Below, piece after piece: positions 49,407-58,588 of a stretch of 64,000 nt of DNA (position 1 is its first letter; the number at the start of each line of letters is the position of its first letter). The position numbers and the translations under genes are program-made. The stretch comes from Bdellovibrionota bacterium (GTDB lineage: Bacteria; Bdellovibrionota_C; UBA2361; CALJRW01), in the NCBI GenBank assembly GCA_041740355.1, contig JBGSMD010000012.1, positions 1-64,000 on the forward strand, read 5' to 3'. The notes beneath the pieces are model-generated. The model made no database searches and was not told the origin of the DNA. It saw only the letters and a list, made by a program, of their open reading frames with translations.

Positions 49407-49552
49407 ATATAGTTATGACAAAAGTAATTTCCGAATATTAAAAAATTAGTTTTGTTATTTTTGTCATAACTATATGATTTTATTATCCCTCCGGGGGATA
49501 GTAAGCTCCAAAAAGTAATTCCCTACGGAAATTACTTTTTGGACTTCCTATA
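49407..49552. repeat. family-1 repeat (inverted orientation)
   Basis: ATAGTTATGACAAAAGTAATT...ATCCCTCCGGGGGAT...AATTACTTTTTGGACTTCCTATA; reverse-complement homolog of 53758-53905. Confidence 0.85.
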
Positions 49553-49608
49553 AATTATTTTTAAGCGAAGACTCAACATTTTCTGTCTAGTCAACGATAA
49601 GTTAAATT

Positions 49609-50985
49609 ATGTCGATCAACCTTCAATTAATTCAGAAAACCTCACAACAATTGCTAATGTCTCTTCAATTAAGACAGGCAATTCAATTACTAAGTCTGAA
49701 CAACTTAGAGTTGCAAAATGAAATCCAGACGCAACTAAATGAAAATCCCTTACTAGAATTACAAGAGGAGCAGCCGGCTAAAAAGGAATCTACTTTGGAA
49801 CAAAAAGAAACAGATTTTATCTGGACAGATTTCAACACATCAGGTTCTAGTGATGAACAAGATTCCGAACCCGGCTATCTTGGGGTACTTCTTAACCAAG
49901 AATTAGATTTGACTTCCGAAATTCTAGAACAAATTAACTTCACTGAGCTGGAGCTGGAAGAAAGAGAAGCATTATTAGCACTAGTAAATAATCTAGATGA
50001 CAATGGTTATTTAAATGTCTCCTTAATTGAAGTTGCTAGCCAAGTAGGTTGCTCAATCTACACTTTAGAGAAAATGTTAGATTTGCTTAAGTCATTAGAA
50101 CCAGTCGGCATAGCTGCTTGGGATCTAAGAGAATGTCTACTAATACAACTGGAAAGAAATCATCAAAATGAGTGGTTAGCATTTCAAATTGTATCGGAAA
50201 GTCTGCAATTACTAGCGGAGAAAAAATACCAACAAATTGCCACTCAATTTTCTGTCGAAATAAGTGCAGTTTTACATGCCACTAAATTAATTCAATCGCT
50301 GGAGCCTCATCCCCTTCAACAAATTTCAAAAAGCACCGCCAAATTTATAATCCCCGATGTAAAATTAATCCGTGCTAATAATCAATGGTTAGTTCAAATC
50401 AATGAAGAAAACTTACCTAACATTGCAATTAGTGATTATTACCTAAACTTAATTAACAATAATCTTTATCAATCAAAGAATGAAAAGAACTTTTTAAAGA
50501 AGAAATATAAAGAAGCTGGATTTTTCCTACAAGCAATTTTTCAAAGAAATCAAACAATCAAACTTGTAGCTGACTGTATTGTTAGGCATCAAGTAGATTT
50601 CTTTGATGGTTCCGCAAATCTAAAACCACTAATCTTAAAAAATATTGCTAAAGAATTAGATATTCATGAATCAACAGTTAGTCGAGCCGTAGCTGATAAA
50701 TTTATCAGTACGCCAAAAGGGATTTACCCTCTAAGATATTTCTTTTCTCAAAAATCTTCCACTAAAACCGATGCAGTATCTGCACAAGAAGTACAAAATA
50801 AAATAAAAGTTTTAGTTAAAAGTGAAAGTCAATTAGATCCTATTAGCGATGCGGGATTAGCTGCCAAATTAGCTGAACAAGGAATTAAAATTGCTCGTCG
50901 CACAGTAGCTAAGTATCGTGAAGAATTGGGGATTCCTTCTACAGTAATTCGTAAGAAAGATTATTCAGTTAAAGCTTCTCTTTAA
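49609..50985 (+). CDS. rpoN: RNA polymerase sigma-54 factor
   Basis: QLRQAIQLL region I, HESTVSR and RpoN box ARRTVAKYRE. Confidence 0.97.
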   Translation: MSINLQLIQKTSQQLLMSLQLRQAIQLLSLNNLELQNEIQTQLNENPLLELQEEQPAKKESTLEQKETDFIWTDFNTSGSSDEQDSEPGYLGVLLNQELDLTSEILEQINFTELELEEREALLALVNNLDDNGYLNVSLIEVASQVGCSIYTLEKMLDLLKSLEPVGIAAWDLRECLLIQLERNHQNEWLAFQIVSESLQLLAEKKYQQIATQFSVEISAVLHATKLIQSLEPHPLQQISKSTAKFIIPDVKLIRANNQWLVQINEENLPNIAISDYYLNLINNNLYQSKNEKNFLKKKYKEAGFFLQAIFQRNQTIKLVADCIVRHQVDFFDGSANLKPLILKNIAKELDIHESTVSRAVADKFISTPKGIYPLRYFFSQKSSTKTDAVSAQEVQNKIKVLVKSESQLDPISDAGLAAKLAEQGIKIARRTVAKYREELGIPSTVIRKKDYSVKASL

Positions 50986-51039
50986 AAATCAAATACGCTA
51001 AAATTACTTTAATATAGAATTTTGATAATTAATTTTATG

Positions 51040-51265
51040 TACCCGTTTATGTATTCAGAAAAGTGAGGAAAGATCGAAGACCTTTTAAGGGGGCAATTTA
51101 CGAAGTAAATTGAGGAAGCTTATCCTCCACCGTTTTAGTGGAGGAAAGACACTAGTCGTTCACAATGTTGATCAAAATCGATTAGATTTTGGCCAAAGAA
51201 CATCTAGGGTTAAGCTTTTTGAGATCCTAAGTAGTAAACATTTTTACCGCCTACGTAAACGGATA
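51040..51265 (+). ncRNA. candidate structured RNA or MITE upstream of hpf
   Basis: 14-nt terminal inverted repeat (TACCCGTTTATGTA / TACGTAAACGGATA) enclosing several nested stems. Confidence 0.45.
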
Positions 51266-51287
51266 TAACTTTTTTAGAAATAAAACT

Positions 51288-51596
51288 ATGAATGAACATA
51301 ACGTAAACTTCAACTTTACATTTCGCAATACTGATACTAGTGATGCGGTTAAAGACTACGCCACAGAGAAACTAACTACTAGCCTGAGGAAATTTATTAA
51401 TCAGGATGTGGACGCTCATGTCATCCTAGATGTGGAAAAAAGAAGACAAATTGCAGAGCTAACAATCCATTGCTATGGACATGACTTTGTCTGCAAAGAT
51501 GAAAGTGAGAGTATGTATAAATCTGTTGATGCGATTGTTGAGAAGATATCAAAACAATTAAGAAAGCATAAAGATAAAATAACGGATCATCATTAA
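51288..51596 (+). CDS. hpf: ribosome hibernation factor HPF/RaiA (short form)
   Basis: FTFRN...AVKDYATEKL...MYKSVD...KQLRKHKDK; downstream of rpoN. Confidence 0.92.
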   Translation: MNEHNVNFNFTFRNTDTSDAVKDYATEKLTTSLRKFINQDVDAHVILDVEKRRQIAELTIHCYGHDFVCKDESESMYKSVDAIVEKISKQLRKHKDKITDHH

Positions 51597-51642
51597 TCTT
51601 AATAATAAATTTCGATGATTTAATATCTAATAGGATTATAAA

Positions 51643-51882
51643 TATAGTAATGACAAGAAATAATTTACTGCCTGCCTAGCCGAAGCTTCAGCGAAGGCTG
51701 GTTAGTAAATTGAACAGAGTCATTACGGCTAATGCAAATCTTGGATTACCACCTTCGCTTCCACATTCGCTAAAGCTTCGGCGGACAAGTATCCAAGTTT
51801 GCATAGCTAAAAACAACATAAATAGTGAGTCCAAGCAAAATCGTTAATCTTTTAAAGTAATTTATTTTTTGGACTCACTATA
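51643..51882. repeat. family-1 repeat, long copy with REP-like inserts (inverted relative to 14632-14858)
   Basis: Only 3 mismatches over the ~100 bp nearest the ATGAC end compared with the 14.6-kb copy. Confidence 0.9.
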
Positions 51883-51925
51883 ATTAACTTATTTGCATTT
51901 AGATCAAAAATTACTTGATTTTGGT

Positions 51926-51948
51926 GACCCTAAGTCATTCGAGGGGTC
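51926..51948. repeat. isolated diverged REP-like unit related to the 4063-4214 cluster
   Basis: GACCCTAAGTCATTCGAGGGGTC. Confidence 0.5.
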
Positions 51949-52049
51949 GATTAATTATTAACCTTATAAAATAAAGTTAGTATATAAGGGAAAGATAGAT
52001 ACTAAAACATATTTGCTTTTGACAAATTACCACCTTAAATTCGTGAGGT

Positions 52050-53138
52050 TTAGTTAAGACTAATTAATGCTGACTCAACAACTAATCCCGGACCAAAGGC
52101 CATTGCAAATATTTTTTGGTCACTATCTTTACTGTGTTCCATTAAGTCTTTGAGTACAAATAAGATTGAGGCGCTGCTCATATTTCCATAATTTCTTAAA
52201 GTAGATCGTGACGATCCAATCTGATCCCCACTTAATCCTAAGCTATTTTCCACTTTATCTAAAATTGACTTGCCACCAGGATGAATCGCCCAGCGATCGA
52301 TTTGATCCATCGTAAGCTTTATATCTGATAAAATATTTTCTAAAATCTTCGGAAGGTTACTACCAATAATTTGGGGAATATATTTCGATAGCACCATCTC
52401 AAAGCCATGATCCCCAATGGTCCAAGCCATATCCTTCTCAGCTTGAAAAAGTATCTGACTATTAAAACTTTCTAGTTTTAAACAAATTGCATCTTTCGGA
52501 GCTTGGCCACTGACGATAACTGCTGCTGCACCATCAGCAAAAAGTGAATTGGCTATAAAACTATCTAAATTATCATTCATTTGAAAATGTAATGTGCACA
52601 ACTCTAAACAAATTATTAGTACATTTGATTTAGGATTTGCCTCACAAAATTGATTGGCCATCTTAAGGGCTGGGAAGGCTCCATAGCAGCCCATAAAACC
52701 TAAATGATAACGTTCAGTCTTGACTGACAAGCCTAAGGCCTGAATTACTTGAAGATCTGGTCCAGGATTATAAAAGCCCGTGCAGGATACTGTTATGACA
52801 TGAGTAATCTGACTAGCTTTAAGCTTGGTATAATTTTTAAATGTCTGGATTGCTAATTTATTTATAAGCTTACCTGACTCGATCGCAAAAAGGTTATTGC
52901 GTTTCCCCGTCGAAACTAAATTCTTATCTTCTAAACTGGAAAAAAGTTTTTGGGGCTGACCACTTTTAAATTCATCGAGGACGCTATGGCGTTTACTAAT
53001 CCCCGAGTTAGAATAAATCCCCGCTAAATACTTTTTTGCTTGGCGATTTGCTGCCCTCGCCTGCATATATTCACCAATCTCTAATTGAGAATAGGAAAAA
53101 TCTGGGACTATGGTTTCGATATGAGTTATTACTGCCAT
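52050..53138 (-). CDS. type III polyketide synthase
   Basis: Catalytic Cys (FMGCYGA), His (AIHPGG) and Asn (YGNMSS); AFGPG. Confidence 0.95.
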   Translation of the reverse strand: MAVITHIETIVPDFSYSQLEIGEYMQARAANRQAKKYLAGIYSNSGISKRHSVLDEFKSGQPQKLFSSLEDKNLVSTGKRNNLFAIESGKLINKLAIQTFKNYTKLKASQITHVITVSCTGFYNPGPDLQVIQALGLSVKTERYHLGFMGCYGAFPALKMANQFCEANPKSNVLIICLELCTLHFQMNDNLDSFIANSLFADGAAAVIVSGQAPKDAICLKLESFNSQILFQAEKDMAWTIGDHGFEMVLSKYIPQIIGSNLPKILENILSDIKLTMDQIDRWAIHPGGKSILDKVENSLGLSGDQIGSSRSTLRNYGNMSSASILFVLKDLMEHSKDSDQKIFAMAFGPGLVVESALISLN

Positions 53139-53191
53139 TTCTAAACTTTAAATAATTTCAACTTTTTCGTGATAACCTGCCTTTGGTAAAT

Positions 53192-53734
53192 TTAGATACT
53201 GATTTCCATAGGTACTTTCGTTGATTGTTTTAGCCAATCTGTTATTACGATCTGGAAGATTACAATTGATCCCGGAAAAACAATTTTTGGGATTACTCCG
53301 CTATTTATTAATTTGCTATAAAAGCGCTTTGAGCAGTCAGTATTTTCTGTAAGGGACGATGGCGTAAAAAGGTTTTTAGGCGACTTCAGGTTTAATAGTT
53401 GTTTTAAATACTTCTCTACTGAGGCTCCTCTATTTAACTTGGAATGCCTAAAACTAATTTGGCAAGCAAAAGATTCATCAGGACTTTCAATATTGAATTG
53501 AAATGACAATAAATCGTTTGGGCTTCCAATATAAATCTTTTCCTGATTATTTTTTACTTCAAAAAGAACTTGTGGATTTGTTGCAACTAGATCTAAAGAC
53601 GTATTTTTTTTATCAAGATCTAATGAAAGATTCGAAAATGAATTAAATTTTTGATTTTTAATATTTTCTGTTTTTACACTAGATACTATTGAGACTATTA
53701 ACAATATGGACATGAACGCTACTACGATTTTCAA
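53192..53734 (-). CDS. hypothetical protein with N-terminal hydrophobic segment
   Basis: 180-aa ORF upstream of the PKS; no family recognised. Confidence 0.55.
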   Translation of the reverse strand: MKIVVAFMSILLIVSIVSSVKTENIKNQKFNSFSNLSLDLDKKNTSLDLVATNPQVLFEVKNNQEKIYIGSPNDLLSFQFNIESPDESFACQISFRHSKLNRGASVEKYLKQLLNLKSPKNLFTPSSLTENTDCSKRFYSKLINSGVIPKIVFPGSIVIFQIVITDWLKQSTKVPMEISI

Positions 53735-53757
53735 AGCTCTCCTAGTTAAGTTTTAAA

Positions 53758-53905
53758 TATAGAAAGTCCAAAAAGTAATTTACGTAAGGAAATTACTTTT
53801 TGGGACTTTCTATCCCCCGGAGGGATAATAAAATTATATAGTTATGACAAAAAACAACTCAATCTATTTGATTTTTACGTAATTTATTTTTTGTCATCAC
53901 TATAT
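53758..53905. repeat. family-1 repeat
   Basis: TATAGAAAGTCCAAAAAGTAATT...TATCCCCCGGAGGGATA...TTTTTTGTCATCACTATATA. Confidence 0.85.
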
Positions 53906-53909
53906 ATTA

Positions 53910-53974
53910 AGGCGACATTGAAAATTACCGTTTTAATATTTAGTCGCCTAGTATATCAAGCACTGCGTGCTTGA
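53910..53974. repeat. two additional hairpins abutting the family-1 copy
   Basis: AGGCGAC...GTCGCCT and TCAAGCAC-TGC-GTGCTTGA. Confidence 0.5.
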
Positions 53975-54104
53975 AGAGATTCCAGGGTTCGTCGTTGGGT
54001 TAACTTAACATACAGGCAAACTTTTTTAGCAAGCTTTATATTATATCACATATGTTCTATATTCTTTATTCCTGAATAATTTTAGGTAATTAGAAATATC
54101 AAAT

Positions 54105-54662
54105 ATGAATTTTGTGAAATTTCGCCGATATCAAAACCCTTTAAGTAATAAAGAACAAGTCATCGTTGGACTATTAATCGGACTAACTTCCATGATGGTT
54201 GTTTTTGATGTTTTCCTTGATTGGCGTGATGGGGTCCCTTTAACTCATATTATATCTGAAGTATTTATAACATTATTAACACTGAGCATTGCTGGCTATC
54301 TTTTTTTTCGCTTTGCAGGAGCAAAAAATGAAGCGATAGAAATTGCTTGGAATGAAAAGTTAAGTGCAACTGAAGAAGCTATAGAATGGAAAGAAAAAAC
54401 TAAAGAGATTAAAGCAGGTCTCTCCGCAGCAATTAGTTCTCAACTAAAGCTTTGGCATTTGACGGAAGCGGAAGAAGATATTGCCCTTTTCTTAATCAAA
54501 GGTCTAAGTATTAATGAAATTGCTAAACACCGCGCAACCTCTACTCAGACAACCAGACAACAAGCCTCCATGATTTATAAAAAAAGTAAGCTCTTTGGTC
54601 GAGCACAACTTTCGGCTTTCTTCTTAGAAGATCTTTTGTGTAATTTGGAATTACCAAATTAG
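54105..54662 (+). CDS. membrane-anchored LuxR-type HTH regulator
   Basis: Two TM helices followed by LTEAEEDIALFLIKGLSINEIA...IYKK. Confidence 0.85.
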   Translation: MNFVKFRRYQNPLSNKEQVIVGLLIGLTSMMVVFDVFLDWRDGVPLTHIISEVFITLLTLSIAGYLFFRFAGAKNEAIEIAWNEKLSATEEAIEWKEKTKEIKAGLSAAISSQLKLWHLTEAEEDIALFLIKGLSINEIAKHRATSTQTTRQQASMIYKKSKLFGRAQLSAFFLEDLLCNLELPN

Positions 54663-54882
54663 TTAAAACTAACAATTCAAAAATTACAAAATATTTCAAT
54701 TCCGAGCATAATTTTTATTTGCTTCTCTTCAATAAAAATCTATAATTCAAATTAGCTAGAACTCCTAGCAAAAGGTATTCTCCAAAATTATAGTTAATAT
54801 TATTGTTTAAGATATCCCTGAGATTAGAAAATTTACATTCCCTTTTTGAATCGTTTCTGTGCGATTTGCTCTATAAATATTT

Positions 54883-56610
54883 ATGACAAATTATTTAGAT
54901 AGAATTTTATTTATTAAGAATTATGGGCTCTATTTACTGATTATTCTTTTTCATTTGATCAACCTTCCAAGTTCTCTGAATAAACCATTTTATTCTAAGG
55001 GTGAACCTAGAGAAGCACTATCCTCACAATATATGCTGGAGACTGGGCATTGGATAATTGCAAAACGATACGGCGATGAAATTCAAACCAAACCTCCATT
55101 TAGTCATTGGATCACAGCAGTCAGCTCGCTACTAGCTAAAGAGGTGACAGAATTCACAGCAAGGATACCCTCGCTGATATTTAGCTTAGCCGTCTTAATC
55201 TACTTCTTTGTTTTTTTATCCAAAGAACTAAATACCAAGATTGCATTTTATACCTGTCTGATATTAATCCTAGCTCCCGAATGGCTAAGAGCTTCTCAAA
55301 CAAGTCGAGTAGATATGACACTCGCGGGATGCCAAACACTAGCATCTCTAATTTTGTACCAATATTATCAAAGTAATTTTTTAAAGAAAAAATATTTAGT
55401 TATCTCCGTATTCTTTCTTTCTTGTGCCTTCTTGACTAAAGGACCAGTTGGTTTAGTTTTGCCACTCGCAGCCTTTGCTAGCTTTCTCATTATTAAAAGA
55501 ATCCCCTTCCGAAAAATAATTGCAGAAGGTCTGATTATTACAGCATTATCTTCCCTCCTGCCAGGCCTTTGGTACTTCCTGGCATACCAAGAATTAGGAT
55601 ATGAGTTTCTCCAAGTGGTTCTTTTAGAAAATGTTCAAAGATTGAGCTCCACAATGAGTACCGGAGATGAGCCGCACGAACATACTATCTTTTATTTATA
55701 CCTGACTGTCCTAGCTGGCATTATGCCTTTTAGCATATATCTAATTACAGGACTTTGGGAACAAAAATCATACTATTCAATTAAATCTATTTGCCTAAAG
55801 ATTTGGAAAAATGATCTATTATTATACTTTACCCTAATAACAGTAACGGAGCTGACTTTCTTTTCCATTCCTAGCTCAAAACGTAGTGTTTATCTTTTAC
55901 CGATTTATCCCTATCTCGCATTCTTTCTGGGCAGTTTTTTCTTAAATTTTCACGAATTCAAATCTTGGAAAATTCTTAACCGCATCTTCTTGGCCATGAT
56001 TAGTTTTTTTGCAGTAGTTACTGCTATATTTCTGATGCTAGATTTTAATCAATTAGCTAGTACCTTAAATCTAAGTCCTCGTAAATTAATTGAATTTAAC
56101 TTTTACCAGAAAAACTTTGGTGCTGATTTTGGAATTAACTTCCATGGAATTGGCTTATTACTTTTTATACTAACTCCATTATTCTTTAAAATTATCATAA
56201 AAAAACATCCAACTGCAGAGCTAAGATTTCTAACAATTACTTATGCCTTGGCATTAATATTAATTAGTGGAGTAATACTACCCCGACTTTCAAAAAGCTT
56301 AACTGCCAATAACTTGGCACCAAAATTCCAAGCTATTATTAATCAGAGACCCCTCGCCGCTTACACTTATAATTTCCGTGACTACGCGCTTAACTTTTAC
56401 ATGGATGGTCAGCTAAAAGAACTTGCCAAAACCTCCAAGAAACCAATAGCGGAAAAAGAGTTTTACTTAATCTGCAAAGATATAGAATGTAAGGAAGCCC
56501 AACAAAAACTAGCAAAGAATTATAACTATCAGCACTTAATGTCAGGCTATTTTAGTTTTGATTGGCCTTCAAAGTTGTATCATCTTTATCAGGTAAGGAC
56601 TGGCAGTTAG
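54883..56610 (+). CDS. ArnT/PMT_2 family GT-C glycosyltransferase
   Basis: GEPREA, KPPFSHW, RVDM, LTKGPVG and SKRSVYLLP motifs. Confidence 0.88.
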   Translation: MTNYLDRILFIKNYGLYLLIILFHLINLPSSLNKPFYSKGEPREALSSQYMLETGHWIIAKRYGDEIQTKPPFSHWITAVSSLLAKEVTEFTARIPSLIFSLAVLIYFFVFLSKELNTKIAFYTCLILILAPEWLRASQTSRVDMTLAGCQTLASLILYQYYQSNFLKKKYLVISVFFLSCAFLTKGPVGLVLPLAAFASFLIIKRIPFRKIIAEGLIITALSSLLPGLWYFLAYQELGYEFLQVVLLENVQRLSSTMSTGDEPHEHTIFYLYLTVLAGIMPFSIYLITGLWEQKSYYSIKSICLKIWKNDLLLYFTLITVTELTFFSIPSSKRSVYLLPIYPYLAFFLGSFFLNFHEFKSWKILNRIFLAMISFFAVVTAIFLMLDFNQLASTLNLSPRKLIEFNFYQKNFGADFGINFHGIGLLLFILTPLFFKIIIKKHPTAELRFLTITYALALILISGVILPRLSKSLTANNLAPKFQAIINQRPLAAYTYNFRDYALNFYMDGQLKELAKTSKKPIAEKEFYLICKDIECKEAQQKLAKNYNYQHLMSGYFSFDWPSKLYHLYQVRTGS

Positions 56611-56632
56611 AGGTCTAGGTGTAAAAACTTAG

Positions 56633-58453
56633 TTAAGAATTTAGGTAAAGTCTATCAATCAAATCTTGATAACCTTGGTAAACTTTACTAACTTTTACTT
56701 TCATTGTTGGCGTTAAGTAACCATTTTCAATGCTAAAATCTTGATCGATTAAAGCAAAGGACTTTATAGTTTCATAACTTGCTAATTGCTTGTTTACGCG
56801 ATTGATTTCATTTTGAATTAAGTCCCTGATTTCTTTTTGAGCTAAATAATTATTACTTAAAGTAATTCCCTGCTCATCGCAGTAAGCTTTAACAGCATTT
56901 TTATTCACAACTACTAAAGCTACAATGAATGGCTTATCGTTTCCAAAAAGTACCGCATTTTCAATATATTTAGACTCTTTAATTTTATCCTCTATCGGGC
57001 TAGGCGCAGTTTTTTTACCATAGGAAGTAACAATAATTTCTTTTTTGCGGCCTGTAATACTTAGGAATCCTTCACTATCAATACTTCCTAGATCTCCCGT
57101 GTGAAACCAACCAGCCCCCTTCCAACTTTCTTTCGTGGCAAGCGGACGCTTCCAATATCCCTGACAAACATTAGGTCCACGAAAAATAATTTCTTGATCT
57201 TCAGCGACTTTTACTTCGATTGAAGTATCCAGTACTGGACCAACGGTACCAATTTTATTATTACTTTGGCGATTAATATTAGTAGCAACACAAGTTTCTG
57301 TTAAACCATAACCCTGAAGAATAGAAATACCTAGTCGCTCAAAAAATAAATTGGTTTGGGCATTTAACTTTGCACCCCCTGAAACAACAAAATATAAATC
57401 ATTTCCAAAAATACCTCGTTTAATTTTGTCACGAATTGGCGTTAATAAAGTGTGTAATAACGCCGCGACAAAAGAATGTTCGCGATCGGCGGCTGACTTA
57501 ATTGCTAAGGCTAATAATTTGGATTGTAGATTCTTACCATTGGCCCGTGCTTTTAGTTTATCCTCTACTTTCTCGAGGATCCGTGGAACAATCGGAAAGA
57601 CATTCGCATTCGCATCTCTTATGTCTTGAACTAAAAGTTCCGGTTCAAATTTAGAAGATTTAGGATCAATCGAAGGAAACTTTAATGAGCAATCGGTAAG
57701 TAATCCCAAATAAGCCATTAATTTAGCAAACGAATGCGCTAAAGGTAAAAACAAAAAGAGCGCTGGTGATTTTGCTAAAATTCCACTGTTGAGTACTTGA
57801 TTGATATTGGCTAAGTGATTACCGTGAGTTTGAACAACACCTTTTGGTAAGCCAGTTGTTCCAGAAGTATAGACGATGCTTGCTAAATCACTTTCATTAA
57901 TATCGTTAATTTTAAAATGAGTATAATTGCTATTAGGGCGACTCAGAATATCACCAAGCTCAATAGTTATTGGATTGGAAGGAACAACTTCAAGTAAGAT
58001 AATTTTCTTCAAACTCAATCTTACTTGATGGGCAGGACGATCCTCAACTTCAGGAATAGTCAACTCTTGATCAAGCAGACTTAATAACTTGTCTAACTGC
58101 TCTTGATTCTCGGCAATCACCACACTAGAACCGCTATCGTAAAGTAAGTAAGCTATTTCGTTTGCTGTTAATGTTTGATACACAGAAACTGAGGCTGCCC
58201 CATTAAACATAATGGCAAAATCTGCAATTAACCATTCCGGTCGAGTATTGGATAAAATAGCAACTTTATCACCTTTAGTGATTCCTAAATCTCTGAGGTA
58301 ATTGGCTAGAGTTACAACAGAGTTAAAGAACTCCTTATAGGTCTGTGTCTGGTAGACTCGTTCCGGGGCAGAAGTCTTTGGTAATAGTTGAGAGATTATT
58401 AACTTTTCCGGACTATCTTCAGATTGTTCAATTAATTTTTGGACTAAATTCAT
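56633..58453 (-). CDS. long-chain fatty-acid--CoA ligase
   Basis: YTSGTTGLPKG, GYGLTE, WFHTGD and TPTMK motifs. Confidence 0.93.
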   Translation of the reverse strand: MNLVQKLIEQSEDSPEKLIISQLLPKTSAPERVYQTQTYKEFFNSVVTLANYLRDLGITKGDKVAILSNTRPEWLIADFAIMFNGAASVSVYQTLTANEIAYLLYDSGSSVVIAENQEQLDKLLSLLDQELTIPEVEDRPAHQVRLSLKKIILLEVVPSNPITIELGDILSRPNSNYTHFKINDINESDLASIVYTSGTTGLPKGVVQTHGNHLANINQVLNSGILAKSPALFLFLPLAHSFAKLMAYLGLLTDCSLKFPSIDPKSSKFEPELLVQDIRDANANVFPIVPRILEKVEDKLKARANGKNLQSKLLALAIKSAADREHSFVAALLHTLLTPIRDKIKRGIFGNDLYFVVSGGAKLNAQTNLFFERLGISILQGYGLTETCVATNINRQSNNKIGTVGPVLDTSIEVKVAEDQEIIFRGPNVCQGYWKRPLATKESWKGAGWFHTGDLGSIDSEGFLSITGRKKEIIVTSYGKKTAPSPIEDKIKESKYIENAVLFGNDKPFIVALVVVNKNAVKAYCDEQGITLSNNYLAQKEIRDLIQNEINRVNKQLASYETIKSFALIDQDFSIENGYLTPTMKVKVSKVYQGYQDLIDRLYLNS

Positions 58454-58588
58454 TAGCTACTCTCCAAGGTATTTACAAATTGAGTTTCCAAAAAATATTA
58501 CCTGTTGGAATTGCTCGACGTTAGGAGCACTCATTAACTTTGCTATTTAAGAACCACAATTGATCTTATCTTGCTAGCTGCATAAATG

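Noticed and set aside
51040-51265. Assignment to the known raiA-motif RNA or 6S RNA
   Set aside because: I could not recognise the conserved sequence blocks by eye; kept only as an unnamed candidate.
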